Source: Chiloscyllium plagiosum
Lineage: Eukaryota
DNA length: 64,000 nt
Direction of reading: 5' to 3'
Assembly (NCBI RefSeq): GCF_004010195.1
Contig: NC_057753.1
Span: forward strand, 3,317,514-3,381,513
In this document: one piece after another, positions 50,108-64,000 of the stretch
Layout of the letters: each line of letters starts with the position of its first letter
Numbering within the stretch: position 1 is the first letter of the stretch
Translations under genes and position numbers: made by a program
Notes under the pieces: generated by a model
Seen by the model: only the letters and a program-made list of their open reading frames with translations
What the model was told of the DNA's origin: nothing
Database searches by the model: none

Positions 50108-51259
50108 TGTAGTTGATTTTAGTAAGGCATTTAATAAGGTTCCCCATGGTAGGCTTATGCGGAAAGTCAGGAGGCATGGGATAGAGGGAAATTTGGCCAA
50201 TTGGATAGAAAACTGGCTAACCGGTCGAAGTCAGAGAGTGGTGGTAGATGGTAAATATTCAGCCTGGAGCCCAGTTACAAGTGGAGTTCCGCAGGGATCA
50301 TTTCTGAGTCCTCTGCTCTTCGTAATTTTTATTAATGGCTTGGATGATTGAGTCGAAGGGTGGGTCAGTAAATTTGCAGATTATACGAAGACTGGTGGAA
50401 TTGTGGATAGTGAGGAGGGCTCTTGTCGGCTGCAAAGGGACTTAGATATGATGCAGAGCTGGGCTGAGGAGTTGCAGATGGAGTTCAACCCTGCCAAGTG
50501 TGAGGTTGTCCATTTTGGAAAGACAAATAAGAATGCGGAATACAGGGTTAACGGTAGGGTTCTTAGTGAGGTGGAGGAACAGAGGTATCTTGGGGTCTAT
50601 GTTCATAGGTCTTTGAAAGTTGCCACTCAGGTGGATAGAGCTTGTAAGAAGGCCTATGGTGTATTAGCGTTCATTAGCAGAGGGATTGAATTCAAGAGTC
50701 GTGAAGTGATGTTGCAACTGTACAAGACCTTGGTAAGGCCATATTTGGAGTACTGTGTGCAGTTCTGGTCGCTTCACTTTAGGAAAGATGTGGAAGCTTT
50801 GGAGAAGGTGCAGAGATGATTTACCAGGATGTTGCCTGGAATGGAGAATAGGTCGTACGAGGATAGGTTGAGAGTGCTAGGCCTTTTCTCGTTGGAACGG
50901 CGAAGGATGAGGGGTGACTTGATAGAGATTTATAAGATGATCAGAGGATAGATAGAGTAGACAGTCAGAAACTTTTTCCCCAGGTACAACAGAGTGTTAC
51001 AAGGGAACATAAATTTAAGGTGAAGGGTGGAAGGTATAGGGGAGATGTCAGGGATGGGTTCTTTACCCAGAGAGTGGTGGGGGCATGGAATGCGCTGCCC
51101 GTGGGAGTGGTAGAGTCAGAATCTTTGGTGACCTTTAAGCGGCAATTGGATAGGTACATGGATGGGTGCTTAGGCTAGGACAAATGTTCGGCACAACATC
51201 GTGGGCCGAAGGGCCTGTTCTGTGCTGTATTGTTCTATGTTATATGTTCTATGTTCTAT
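50108..51259 (+). mobile_element. Young CR1 LINE with (TATGTTC)n tail
   Basis: [45 protein letters not shown]. Confidence 0.9.
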
Positions 51260-53149
51260 ATAGCCATGAGCCTTATCACTAAGTTGAATTTAGTGTCTTT
51301 TTGCTATGGCGTAGAATTTCAAGGCGGGTGGCATATTTTATGGTGAAAGGATAAAGAGTTTAAGAAAGACATGAGGGGCATTTTTTTTAATACAGAGTAT
51401 GGTCCATATGTGGAGAGAAAGTGAAGGATACGGAGGCAATTATAAATTTCAAAATACATTGAGATAAACATATGAGTAGGACAGGTTTTGAGTGATATCT
51501 ATTAAGCACAGGTCGGTAGGACTGGTTTTGCTTGGGAGTATGGTCGGCATGGACTGTTTGGACCGAGTAGTCTCTTGCTATGCTGTATAATTCTCCGGAT
51601 CTATGATAATAAGGAAGTTGTCACTTCGAACATAACTGCAGTTTGCTTTAGATTCCATCATGCTAAATGATATGTAACAAATCACCTCGCCTTTCACAAT
51701 CGACCCACCACATAGCAATCCTTCTCGATAGTCTGTGTAATGAAAGCAATAACAATACAACTGATACTTGCAGACCCTGCTGAAGTTAAAGACTCTGACT
51801 TCCACTTCGGTTCGTCATACCCTATCCAACAGTTTGAAGTAAGGTTTCGGTTCATCTCTGATGTTCTGCTGTTGGTGGGGCGACAAAGCCATGTTGTTGA
51901 ACCCATCTGGGAAAAAAAGTAACTTGTGTGAAATTCTAAATAAAATAAAGCAGATTGATTCCACACCTAATAGATTATCAAATGACCTTCTAGGATGAAC
52001 GGTCAGAATGGACAGAGGTCATTACTGGATGTGGTTACCAAATACAGATAAAGCAGAAACACATCCACTTAGTCACAAACTACTCGCTACACCTTGTCTC
52101 CAGGACATTTGCAGAAAGGACTGGCTCCCTGCTCAGTAGAGGACATTCGCACAGCTTCACATAAAAGTGATTGACTCGGTTCTTCACCAAGGTTTTATAT
52201 ATTTGAAGGGTTCCACAAACCAAAACCTTGGAAAAGTTTCCGCATAGAATGAAAGAGTTGGCATTCAACGTTGATGGACAAATAAGATAATCCCCTGACA
52301 CATGCAGGATATCTGAATTAGCCTTAACCCATTGTGAAGTCAGTGCATGTTCTTTTTCTTAGAGGAAAATGTGAGGCTGTTCACATACACAGAAATCATA
52401 AATGTCTGTTCTTCACTGGGAATGTGGTTGTGTGTTAGCATCGTTGCTGAGAATCAACTGAGTCTTCCATGTTCCCAGTGAGAGAACTGCACACGATTAT
52501 TGTACTTGCACCGATTGACACCCCACTGCCACAGAATCTCAGAATAATTGCTAATTATCTGATCACACTGTGATTGTGTCATCACTCTGTTGCACGGCTC
52601 AATTCAGATCCATTGCTGCACATGTGGTTTTTCTACTCTCCCACTTGCCTTTTGTGATGGAAAACTGACTTTTCACAGGGAAAGTGATTGTAAGTGGATT
52701 TTCCCTCGTCTGTTCTAAATTCCCACTTTCGAAAAAAGAAATCCGCAGATTTGCCTCAGGATTCTGAGTGATTGATAATCTAACGATGGGTCACCGGATA
52801 ATCAACACAATTGAAAAGGTGGGCCGTGAAAGTAATCGAAAGAAGAATATTTTAAAACAAAAGAAAACTATAAAGGCGTGTGCAAATATCTGAAAAGGAA
52901 GCGAAAAGCTGATGTAAGAGTTGGTTTATTACAGAGAAGTTGAATTATTTTTGGAGCGACAAAATAGCAGAAACATTGTTTTTTGTGTTAAAGAACACGT
53001 ATTGCTAAAGCCCTGTAAACCTGTTAAAATGAAATTCGACAAAATGAATAAAACCGCACTGATTTGGCATAGAATGCCAGAATGTTACTATGTTTCTTTT
53101 GACTTGATTGCAGTTCATTGACAGTCGATATTGGCCCTGACAACACAAA

Positions 53150-54875
53150 GAGCAAAATGTAGAAAGAACAATAAAGCACAAGACAGGCCCTTCGGCCTTC
53201 CAAGCCTGCGCCGACACATTTTCCCTTCCCATACGAAAACTGTCTTCACTTACATGATCCGAATTTCTTTATTCCCTTCCTATTCGTGTATCCATCTGAG
53301 TGCTTCCTGATTGCGTCTGCTTCCACCACTTACTCTGCCAGTGCACTCGCCGCACCAACCACACTTTGTGTGAAAACCTGCCTCGCGTATCTCTTTCAAA
53401 CTACTCCCACCATCCCGCACCTTGAACACGTGTGCTCTAGTACCTGACGCCTGCACCCTGGGAAAAAAGACTCATACTTTTCACTCTATCCAAGCCATTT
53501 ACAATCTATCCAGTGAAAACAAACCCAGTCTGTCCAATGATTTATCGTAGCAAAAATCTTTCATACCAAGCAACATAATTGTCAACCTTTACTGTAACCT
53601 GTCCAGAGCATCCTCATCCTTCTGCAAACGTCTATGCAATATTACAAGTATGGCCTTACTAAAGTCTATAAAGCTGCAGAATACACTCAGTGCTCGTTCC
53701 AATGAAGGCAAGTAAACCATAGGCTTTCCCCCCACCTCATCTATCTGCGTTGCCAGCTTTAGTGATCTGCAGACCTGCACACCCACATACCTCTGCATAG
53801 CAATATTCCGAAGGTTTCTGCTATTCGATGTATAATCTTTACTTACAGTTGACCTTCTAAAATGCATCATCACACATTTGTTTGGATTAATCTCCATCTA
53901 CCACTTTCTGCTCTTGCCTCCAATGATGTTTATCCTGATCTATCCTCTGACAAAACTCCTCATTATCCTGAACTTCAAAAATTCTTGGATCATCCTCAAA
54001 CTTATAATTAGACCAACGATTTTTTTCCTCCAAATCATATTGTCGACCGCGAACAGCAAATGTCCCAGCATTGATCCCTGTGACAAATCATTAATCAGTA
54101 ACCCTCCATTCGGAAAAAAAAAGGTCCATCCACTGCTACCCTCTGTGTCTTATTACTAAGCCATTCTGAATCCGTTTTGCCTACTCACCCCTGATCCAAT
54201 GTGATTTAATGTTTTGTACCAGTCTGCCATGAGAGACCTTGTCAAAGGCTTTACTGAAGTCCATATAGACAACATCAACTGCTTTCCCTTCATCAATCAT
54301 CTTCATCACCTCCTCGAAAATCTCGATCAGTTTAGTGAGGCATGACCTCCCTCCCATAAAACCATGCTGTCTATCGCTAACAAGTCCATTTGCTTCGAAA
54401 TGTGCATCGATCTTGTCCCGGAGAAAGTCTTCGAATAGTTTCTCCTCCACTGATCTGAGACTTCCACAGGCTGTATTTTCCTGGATTATTCCTACTGCCA
54501 TTCTTCAACAATTAGACATCATCGGCTATTCTTCAGTTCTCTGTGACGACACCGGTGACCAAAGAGGATACAAAATGTCTATCAATGCTCCAGAAATTTG
54601 TTCTCTTGCCTCCTTAAATATTTTGTGCTGGATCTCATCAGCACTCGGGGACTCATCTGCCGTCATACTTTTTACGATGGACAGCACCACTTCTTTTTTA
54701 AGAGCAACTTGGCTTAGAATTTCGACACTCCCTTCCCTGATATCATCTTCCACCAACTCTTTCGCTTTAGTGAATACCGAGACAAAACATTCGTTTTTGA
54801 CTTCACCTATCTCTTCTGGCTCCACACATAGACTCCATCCTTTGTCCCTGGGCGGGCCAATCTTTTCCCTGGCCA
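53150..54875 (-). mobile_element. CR1 LINE, decayed
   Basis: QHGFMGGRSCLTKL and DVVYMDFSKAFDKV. Confidence 0.88.
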
Positions 54876-54884
54876 ACCAGGCAA

Positions 54885-55195
54885 GGGGAAGCGATGGCCT
54901 AGTAGTGATATCGTTCTACTATTTGTTCAGAATAATGCTCTGGGGATCTCGTCCCGAATCCCGCCACGGCAGGTCGTTGAATTTGAACTTCATTTTAAAA
55001 ATCTGGAATTAAATTCGACTGATGACCATGAAACCATTTTCAATTTTGAAGAGAACCTATCTGGTTCATTAATGTCCTTTAGGGAAGGAAATTTGTCAGC
55101 CTTCCCTGGTCTGGTGTACCTGAGGCTCCGGAGCCACAGCAATTTGGTTGACTCTCAGCTGTCCACTGGAATAGTCTAGCAAGCCACTCAAACCA
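54885..55195 (+). mobile_element. Second tRNA-derived SINE family (possibly MetaSINE-type)
   Basis: Decayed A/B boxes (TGGCCTAGTAG; CGAATCCC) and central CTGGTTCATTAATGTCCTTTAGGGAAGGAAAT. The family name is from recall only. Confidence 0.55.
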
Positions 55196-55199
55196 CCGA

Positions 55200-57248
55200 T
55201 ACTGGGCTCCAGCCAATTCGATTCACTCCACGTGATGTCAGGAAACGGCTGGAGACACTGTATACTACATAGAGAGTGGGCCCTGATAACAGTTCGGCAA
55301 CAGTTCTGCAAACATGCCCTTCAGAACTTGCTATTCCCCTGCCACTACAGTTAGAACACTGGCATCTACCCGACAATGCAGAAAATTGCTCAGGTATGTC
55401 CCGTAAACATAAAGCAGGAAAAAGCCAATCTAGCTAATTACCGCCCAATCAGTGTCCTCTTCAGTAACTTCATCAGTGAAGTAACGGAAGCAGTCATCAA
55501 TATTGCTATCAAGCAGCACCTTCTAAGCAACAACCTGCTCAGTGACGCCCAGTTCTGAGCACTCAGTTCCTGATTGTGGTGTAAAATTCCAAGCAGTGGA
55601 ATGTGGTGAAACGGTTAAAAATTATGTCCCAATACATGTGTGAATCTAACCGGAATGGAGGTGTTGCTTAGTCCCGTGTGAATCTTCTTATCTGTATGTA
55701 ACCAGAATGGAATGTGTTTTTTTAGCCTTGCTCTGCTGTTCACATGAATGTTTATATCTGGAAAAGAGTATATCAGCTGGAAAAGTCTCCAGTTCGGTGA
55801 GTCTGCTCCGGGGTTACGTTTAACCGCCGAGCGTGGGTTGTTGGCAACCGCTCTACGAGAACTGACGGCTCCCAGTTTTTGTAACATGTAGAGTGAGTAT
55901 AAGCCAGACCCGTTGTCCGACGCTGCGGGGAATAAAATGCCCATATTCTAGCAGTCTCGCCTCTTGGTCGTTTGTTCTGTGTCAGACTACTCTCCTACGA
56001 ACCTGACCTTGAGAATTTTTTAAAACACTGATCTAATTACAGCCTTGTTTCAAACATGGATAAAAGGGCTGAATTCAAGAGGTGAGCTGAGAGTGACAGC
56101 CCTTGACTTCAAGGACACTATTGACTGAGTGTCGTATCAAGGAGTCCTGGCAAAAGTGGAATCAATAGGTATCAGGCGGCAAATACTCCCCTTGTTAGAG
56201 TCATACTTAACACAAAGGAAGATGTTTGTGTTGATGGTGGGGCCGTCATCTTGACTGCAGGACTTCTTTGCAGGATACCCTCAGGGTAGTGTCCGAAGGT
56301 CAACACTCTTCAGCTGCTTCATCAATGCCCTTCCTTCAGTCAGAAGTTGGAACGTTAGCCGATGATTGTAGTGTTAAATGCCATTCCCCACTCCTCAGAT
56401 ACTGAAGCAATTCATGCTCAGATGAAACAAGATCTAGAAAATACCCAGGCTTGGGCCACCAAATGGCAAGTAATGTTCACGTGACAAAAATTCCAGACAA
56501 TGACGATCACCAATAAGAGACTCTCTAACCACCATCCCTTGACATTCAACGGTATTACCATCATTAAATCCTCCAGTGTCAACATCCTTGGTATTACTAT
56601 TGTTCAGAAACTCAACTGGACTCACCACATCAACATAATGGCTACAGGAGCAGGTCAGAAACTACTAATACAACGGCGAATAACTCACCTCCTGACACCC
56701 CAAAGTCTATCCACCATCTACACAGTACAAGGCAGGAGTGTGATGGAACCCTCCCAACTTGCCTGGATGGGGGCATTTCCAACAACACTCATAAAGCTTG
56801 AAACCATCCAGGGCGAAGCAACCCGCTTGATCGACACCACATCTGCAAATATTCAATGCCTCCACCACCGGCACTCAATAGCAACAGTTTGTACGATCTA
56901 CAAGGTGCACTGCAGACATTTATCAAAGATCCTTAGACAGCACCTTCCAAACCTACGACCATCTCCATCCAGAAGGACATGGGTGGCAGGAATTTGGGAA
57001 CACTACCACCTGCAAGCTCCCCTCTAAACCATTCATTGCACTGTCTTGGAAATATACCGCCGTTCCTTCACAGTTGTTGAATCCAAATTCTAGAATTCCC
57101 ATCCTATCGGCATTGTGGGTCAACTCACAGCAACTGGACTGCAGTGATTGAAGAAGGCAGCTCACCACCATCTTCGCAAGAGCGAATGGGGATGGCTGAA
57201 CAATGCTGGCCAGCCAACGATGCCCAAGTTCCACAAATGAATAAATAA
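55200..57248 (+). mobile_element. L2/CR1-group LINE RT region and 3' end, split by a solo LTR
   Basis: ANYRPISV, a PQGS-region remnant and ILGITIVQKLNW. The tail is shared with 28550-28876. Confidence 0.8.
55575..56027 (+). mobile_element. Solo LTR (453 bp)
   Basis: TGT...ACA termini with a 5-bp TSD CTGAT at 55570-55574 and 56028-56032. TATAAG at 55898 is followed by AATAAA at 55931. Confidence 0.85.
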
Positions 57249-57625
57249 AGTTCCCTGTTGCTTTTTTTACGTGTTGGAATTCTCTTAATCCTGGTTGCAA
57301 ACGACTTCTCATGACCCCTTTTGGCCCTTCTCGTTCCTTCTGTACGTTCTTTCCCAATTTCCTTCTATACTTCAAGGGCTTCATCAGTTCCCATCCTCCT
57401 GGACCTTCTGCATGCTTCTTTTTTATTGTTGGCCAACATTATGACATGTCTGGTCATGGAAGGGTCACATAAGTTGTCAAAACTATCCTTCATTCTCGCA
57501 GGAACGTGCCGCTCCTGAAATCGTACAAACTGGCATTTGTAATGCTCCCGCCTGTCCCAAGTGGATTTACCCTCAAATAGGTGCCTCCAATCAATATTTT
57601 CCATTTTTGGCCTGATGTTATTTTA

Positions 57626-58706
57626 TAGACAATAGACAATAGGTGCACTTCGAGCCAGCACCACCATTCATTATGATCATGGCAGATCATCCTCAATCAG
57701 TATCTTGTTCCTGCCTTATCCCCATAACCCTTGATACCACTATCCGTAAGAGCTCTTTCTTGAAAGTATCCAGAGACTTGGCCTCCACAGCCTTCTGGGG
57801 CAGAGCATTCCATACACCCACCACTCTCTGTGTGAAGACGTTTCTCCTCAACTCTCTTCTCAGTGGCTTAAAACTTATTTTTAAACTATGTCCTTTGGTT
57901 CAGGACTCACCCATCAGTGGAAACACGCTTCCTGTATCCAGCGTGTCCAATCCTTTAATAATCTTATACGTCTCAATCAGATCACCTCTCAGCCTTCCAA
58001 ACTCAAGCGTATATCAGCCCAGTCACTCCTATCTTTCAGCGTAAGATAGTCCCGCCATTCTGGGAACTGACCTCGTGAACCTACACTGCACTCCCTCAAT
58101 AGACAGAAGTCTTTCCTCAAATTTGGAGACCAGAACTGCACAGAATATTCCAGATGCGGTCTCACCAGGACCCTGTGCAGCTGCAGAAGAACCTCTTTGC
58201 TTCTATACTCAATCCCTATAGTTATGAAGGCCAGCATGCTATTAGCTTTCTTCACTACCTGCTGTACCTGCATGCTTACCTTCATTGACCCATGTACAAG
58301 AACACCTAGATCTCGTTGCACTGCCCCTTTACCTAACTTGACTCCACTTAGGTAGTAATCTGCCTTCCTGTTCTTGCCACCAAAGTGGATATCCACACAT
58401 TGATCCACATTAAACTGCATCTACCATGCATCCGTCCACGCACCATGCCTGTCCAGGTCACCCTGTATTCTCCTAACATCCTCCTCACATTTCACCTGCC
58501 ACCCAGCTTTGTGTCATCAGCAAATTTGCTAATATTACTTTTAATACCTTCATCTATTTCATTAATGTACATTGTAAAAAGCTATGGTCCCAGCACTGAT
58601 CCCTGCGGCACACCACTGGTCACTGCCTGCCATTCTGAAAGGGGGCCATTTATCACTACTCTTTGTTTCCTGTCAGCCAACCAAATTTCAATCCATGTCA
58701 GTATTT
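57626..58706 (-). mobile_element. CR1 LINE, distinct subfamily with (ATTGTCT)n tail, inserted in an older CR1
   Basis: QRDLGVLVHGSMK...VRPHLEYSVQFWSP. Older CR1 pieces lie at about 57250-57625 and 58730-59010. Confidence 0.88.
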
Positions 58707-60759
58707 AGTTCGCCTTCCCCCAGTTTAAAACCTTCATCCAAGGACTGCTGTAATCCCTATCCATGAGTATCTTAAATCGGACGCTATTATGGTTACATTC
58801 CCAAAACTCCCCCCGCTGAAACTTGACTCACTTGACTCTGATCATTTTCCAAGACCAGGTCAAGTATTACCCCTTACCTGTATAATTACCTGCTTGGACT
58901 GTTTACATATTGTTTACAAGAAACTTCCACGTTCTGTCCCATCCAAGTCCCAAGAAATAATTGAATCCCAGTCAACATACGGGAAGTTAAAAACATTCAC
59001 TTCAACAACCATCCTCCCTCAGTGCAGTCTTAAGATGATCCTGTACCAGTAATGCAACTCCTCCACTGCCTTTATATTTATTCTTTCATATCTATTGTGA
59101 AGGTGAAGGCATGTACTGTGCCTTGCAAAGAGAGTGAATGATTTTCTGAATTGACAGGTTACAAACACCTGTGTGCATGACCGAATGGCAGACAGAGAGC
59201 ACCGGAAATTTAAAATATATGACATTTTATCAAAAACTCCGATTTAACCAGTCAACGTCAATTGTGCACAGAATATTAAAGCCCCATTGAGTTTAATTCT
59301 TTGCTTTTCCAACAACGATCCAATGTTATGAGGATATAAAATGCGGATCCTTTGAAAATTGGTCAGTGAACAACTGCCATCGAGACAGAAATACACGGGA
59401 CTTGGGTGGGGATGGGGGTGGGCATTGAGGCTAACACCTTGCTCTCCAAGAAATTCGAAAACACTCTCTATCAAAGGTACCTCTGCATATGAAGCTCTGT
59501 ATTGAAGGTACCTTTTCCGATGAAGTCTGTTTGCAGGAACAAAGAAAGAACACGACCCATAGGGTCGTCGACAGCGTCTGTGCGGGTTTGAAAGTAAGCT
59601 GGTTTAATTTTAACAATGTCTTATTGTAACAGCAAATTCTTACAGAAATGGCGGCAGATAATAAGCAGATAAGAGAAAGGGAGTCTTAGATTTGTGAATG
59701 GTTGTTGCTTAATGATCACTTTTTCAGCTATTCAAAAAAAGGTTATTTTCCTTAAATAGCCCAATCTGGGAGTTCTCAAATGAGAGGCGGGGCCAGCTTT
59801 TGTCGGCGATTGGTTTAATTAAGGGAGGGATTCACCTCAGTGTCATAACACATCTGAAACAACAGTCGACTTATGCAGATTTTTCTGAAGCCAGTGACAG
59901 GGATAAATTTGCACTAAACGTTATTGTGGAAATGTTGAGCTTAGCCGACATTTGTATTCAACTGTAATTGCCACACTAAATACAATTGTCCTACAGCAAA
60001 TTGACAGTCTTAGAATAGTGTGGAATCATGTTGCCTGTGAGCCGTGATCATATGGATTGACTCGTGGTCAATGCTGAAAGCTTGCCAAGATTGCCTTTCA
60101 GCCCAGTACATCTGTTAAGAAATGTGCGATGTGCCATATAGTAATCATGCCTGATATCACAAATTATATCTGCAAACCATATCATTAAAAGTTAAACGGA
60201 CAAAGCAATAAACAATTGGGGAAGAATGAAAAAGTACGTGACAACAGTCAGTTTTGCAAGAAAATGGCCTTGCAGTGAGAACAGACTGTTTTGCAACAAT
60301 GCGTGGAGTTATTTTTGATTACCAAGCAAAATGTAATGGTTAGACTTTGATTAACCTTCACTCTGGATTTGTGACTGATGCCTTGGAAAGTAATGTCGAG
60401 CTGCATCACCGTCATAATGGGCTCCCCGATTGGCTTGTTTGAATATATCCAATTACTTCAAACGAATCATTTTGGAAAGCTAATGAATAATGAAAATCAA
60501 GCAATTGAATCTGGTATATTTGCAATACATAAGATCACACTTGCTTTCTTGTATTCGTTTTGATCAAACACTCTTTAAAGTCGAAGAGGAACATTTGGCG
60601 CTGTGAACAAGGTCGAAGGAAAACCTTCAAGAGGAAGTCAAATGTTTGGTTTGAGGAAGTATTTGGTATCCTAATGCGGCTTTGGGATTGCAAAGAATTG
60701 GTTAAATTAGTTAGAGCACCGCAATTTTGGGATAAGGATTTTGAGCTTATTCCAAAAGG

Positions 60760-63700
60760 ACTATGTAAAGGTTTGTCAGGAGGAAGCGACCGAAAAGCAG
60801 ACCAAAAGTGTCGCCCAAATACAGTGCATTCTGTTGATCAGAGTCCATGGTGCGACTCGAACCCAAGGATGGACTACACCTGAACCCGAGGAGTACCAAT
60901 ATCCGGGAGGGGTTGGGGAGGAATTTGCTAATGCTCTTTGGCAGGGTTTAGACTAATTCAGCAGGTTGATGGGGACTAAATTACAGTTCCAGTGTCCAGG
61001 AGTTTGTGAATAGTGAGGTCATAAATGAGTTTGCAACGTCGCAAGAGTTCACTGGCAAGAAGGAAGGTGGTTTGAAGTGTGAATACTTCAATTCCAGGAT
61101 CATCTGAAATAAGGTGGTTGAAATTACAGCATGGTTTGGTATCAGGGACTTCGTTGTTGTGGCTATTTCGGAGTCATGGATGGAGCTGGGACAAGATTGG
61201 TTGTTGCAGGGTCTGGAGTTTTGATGTTTCAGTAAGAACAGAGAAGCTGGCAGAAAAGCGGGGAGGTGTGGAATTCTTAGTCAAGAACAGGATTGCGGGA
61301 GCGGAGAAGACCTTTTAGGACTTGTCTACTGAGATAGTATGTCTTCAGGTGAGAAACAGGAAAGAGGCCACCGTGTTGGGAATTTGCTACAGGCCTCTGA
61401 ATAGTTCCAATGATGGAGAGGCAAGTATTGCCGACATACTCCTCAATAGGAGAGACAGTAACAGGTTATTTGTTGTTGTGGACTTTAACTTTCCAAACTT
61501 GATTAGAATTACTGTAGTTCCAGTACTTAAACGGGTCAGTTTTTGTCCAATGTGCCTCACAAACCTTACTGAGTTCTTTGAGATTGTGACAAAGCAGGTG
61601 GATGAGGGTAAAGTGATTGATGCGGAGCATATAGATTTCGATAAGGTGTTTCCTTGATTGGTCATAATTTTTCTCGAGTCATTCTTTTATTCCTGATATA
61701 CCCATAGAAAGCTTTCGGGTTTTCATTGATCCGATCTGCCAACGGCTTCTCATGTCCTCTCCTTGATATTCTTAGCTCTCTCTTTAGGTCTTTCCTGGCT
61801 AATGTGTAACTCTCAAGCGTCCGAACTGAGCTTTCACTTCTCATCCTAACATAAGCATTCTTCCTTCTCTTGACAAGAGATTCAACTTCTTTAGTAAACC
61901 ACGGCTACCTCTCTCAACCACTTCCTCCCAGTGTGACAGCTGCTTTCTTTTCAAGGACACGCAGTAGTTGTTCCTTGAATAAGCTCCACGTCTAATTGCG
62001 CCCATCCTCTGCAGTTTCCTGCCCTATCTGACGCACCGTAAAACTTGCCTAATGGCATCATAGTTGCATTTAGCCCAGCAATAACCATTGCCCTACGTTA
62101 CATACCCTCCCTTTCCATTGCAAAAGTAAACAGGACAGAATTGTTGTCAGTATCAACAAAGTGCTCACCTACCTCCAAAACTGACACCTAGCCAGGTTCA
62201 TTACTCAGTACCAAATCCAATGTGGCCTCGCCCCTTATTCGTTTGGCTACATATTGTATCAGGAAACCATTCTGCACACATTGGAACGTTGTGCCTGGAG
62301 TCCGAGGAGATGGGGAAGCGATAAATGAATATTTTTCCTCAGTATTCACCCTGGAAATATATATTGCTGTCGAGGAGAATTCTGAGATACAGGCTACTAG
62401 ACGAGACGTGATTGCGTTTCACAAACAGGAGGTATTCGCAATGCTGGCAAATATGATTATATTTAAGACGCCTGGGCTGGGTGTGAGTCATTCTAAAATT
62501 CTCTGAGATGGCAGGGAGGAGATATAGAATCTTTAGCTGTGATCTTTATGTTATCATTATCGACACGAATAGCGCCAGAAGACTGGAGGATAGCAAGTGT
62601 TGTCGCCTTGATCAAGAAGAGGAGTAAAGACAACCGTGGTAATTATAGACCAGTGAGACTTACTTTGATTGTGAGTAAAGTGTTGGAACGGGGTTAGAAG
62701 AGATCGGATTTATATTCATCTACACAGGAGTACATTGATTAGGAATAGTCAGCACGGTTTTATGATGGTAGGCCGTGCCTCACAAATCCTACTGAGTTCT
62801 TTGAGATGGTGACCAAACTGGTGGATGAGACTAAAGCGGTTGATGTAGTGTATGTGGATTTCAATAAGGCATTTGTTCAGTTTCTCCACGGTCGGCTATT
62901 GCACAAAATACGAAGACATGACATTGAGGGTGATTTAACGGTTTGGATCAGACATTGGCTAGCTGAAAGAAACTGGTAATTGAAAGGAAATGTTCATCAT
63001 GGATTTCGGTTTTTAGTTTTAGACCGCAAAGACCTGTTTTGGGTCAACTGCCGTTTGTCGTTTTTATAAATGACCTAGATGAGGGTGTAGAAGGATGCGT
63101 CATAAATTTGAGGATTTCACTAAGGTCTGTGGAGTAGTGTATAGTGCTGAAGAACGTTGTAGTTTGCAGTGGGACTTAGATAAGTTGCAGAGCTGGTTTG
63201 AGAGGTGGCAAATGGAGTTTAACGTGGAAAAGTGTGAGGTGATTCACTTTGGAAGTAACAAAAATAATAAAAACAACTGAGCTAATGGGAAGATTCTTGG
63301 ACGTATGGATGAGCAGAGAGAACTCGGTTGTCCATGTACATAGATCCCTGAAATTTGCCACCCAGGTTGATAGGATTGTTGAGAAGCAGACGGTGTTTTA
63401 GCTTTTATTGGTGGAGGGATTGCGTTTCAGAACCATAAAGCCACGTTACAGCTGTGCAAATCTCTGGTGTGACCGCACTCGGAGTACTGTGTACAGTTCT
63501 GGTCGCTGCACGAGAGAAAGGATGTTGAAGCTCTGGAAAGGGTTCAGAGAAGATTTAGTAGGATGTTGCCTGAAAGAGAGGGAGGTCTTATGATGAAACG
63601 CTGAGGGGCTTGAGGCTATTTTCATTAGAGAGAAGAAGGTTGAGAGGTGACTTAATTGAGACATGGAAGATAATCAGAGGTTAGATCGGTTGATCAGTGG

Positions 63701-63980
63701 TCATGGCTAGCACGACATGTCACAGCTTTAAATTGAGGGGCAATAAAGGGAGGACATATGTCAGATGTAGTTTATTTACTCAGAGAACTGGGGGAATAAA
63801 ACACACTGCTGTAATAGTCATAGACTGGCCAACCTTAACTGCTTTTAAATGGTCATTGGATAAACAGACACCGGAAAAGGAATAGTGTAGATAGGCTTCG
63901 GAATGGTTCCACAGGTTGGCGCAACATCGAGGGCCGAAAGCCCTGCACTGATCTGTGATGTTCTATGTTCCATGTTCTAT
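60760..63980 (+). mobile_element. Long decayed CR1 with an internal inversion
   Basis: Endonuclease motifs (KRGGV, GICYRP, VDFNFP), an inverted block at 61651-62285, then RT and a 3' tail ATGTTCT at about 63958-63980. Confidence 0.85.
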
Positions 63981-64000
63981 TCCCTGCATCCCTGGATTAA

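Noticed and set aside
59640..59830. Scattered ATGGCGG, CCAAT and GC-box motifs
   Set aside because: No CpG island and no associated exon was found; could be chance.

Overview
This is eukaryotic, repeat-dense vertebrate DNA. The repeat families (HE1-like V-SINE, HER1/CR1 LINEs, Penelope-like elements) point to a cartilaginous fish, probably a shark (inference). There are no prokaryotic features. The left ~20 kb is GC-richer. It holds the 5' end of a C2H2 zinc-finger gene (minus strand, running off the left edge), two decayed ZNF copies and two CpG-island promoters; one promoter carries a 61-bp minisatellite with a CCAAT box and a GC box in each unit. The 24-44 kb region is a tandem minus-strand cluster of two-exon GPR139/GPR142-like class A GPCRs: one intact (323 aa), one with a single +1 frameshift, and one heavily decayed. 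The two well-preserved GPCR promoters share an O/E(EBF)-like site plus a TTAATTAG homeodomain site at identical spacing, resembling olfactory-receptor promoters. This makes them candidate chemoreceptors, which is the main hypothesis from this window. The rest is nested CR1/L2/Tx1 LINEs, SINEs, two solo LTRs with TSDs, two tandem duplications, and many inverted Penelope-like insertions carrying minimal hammerhead ribozyme motifs. Most ORF-track entries are retroelement debris. Repeat boundaries were read by eye and are approximate unless a TSD is given.
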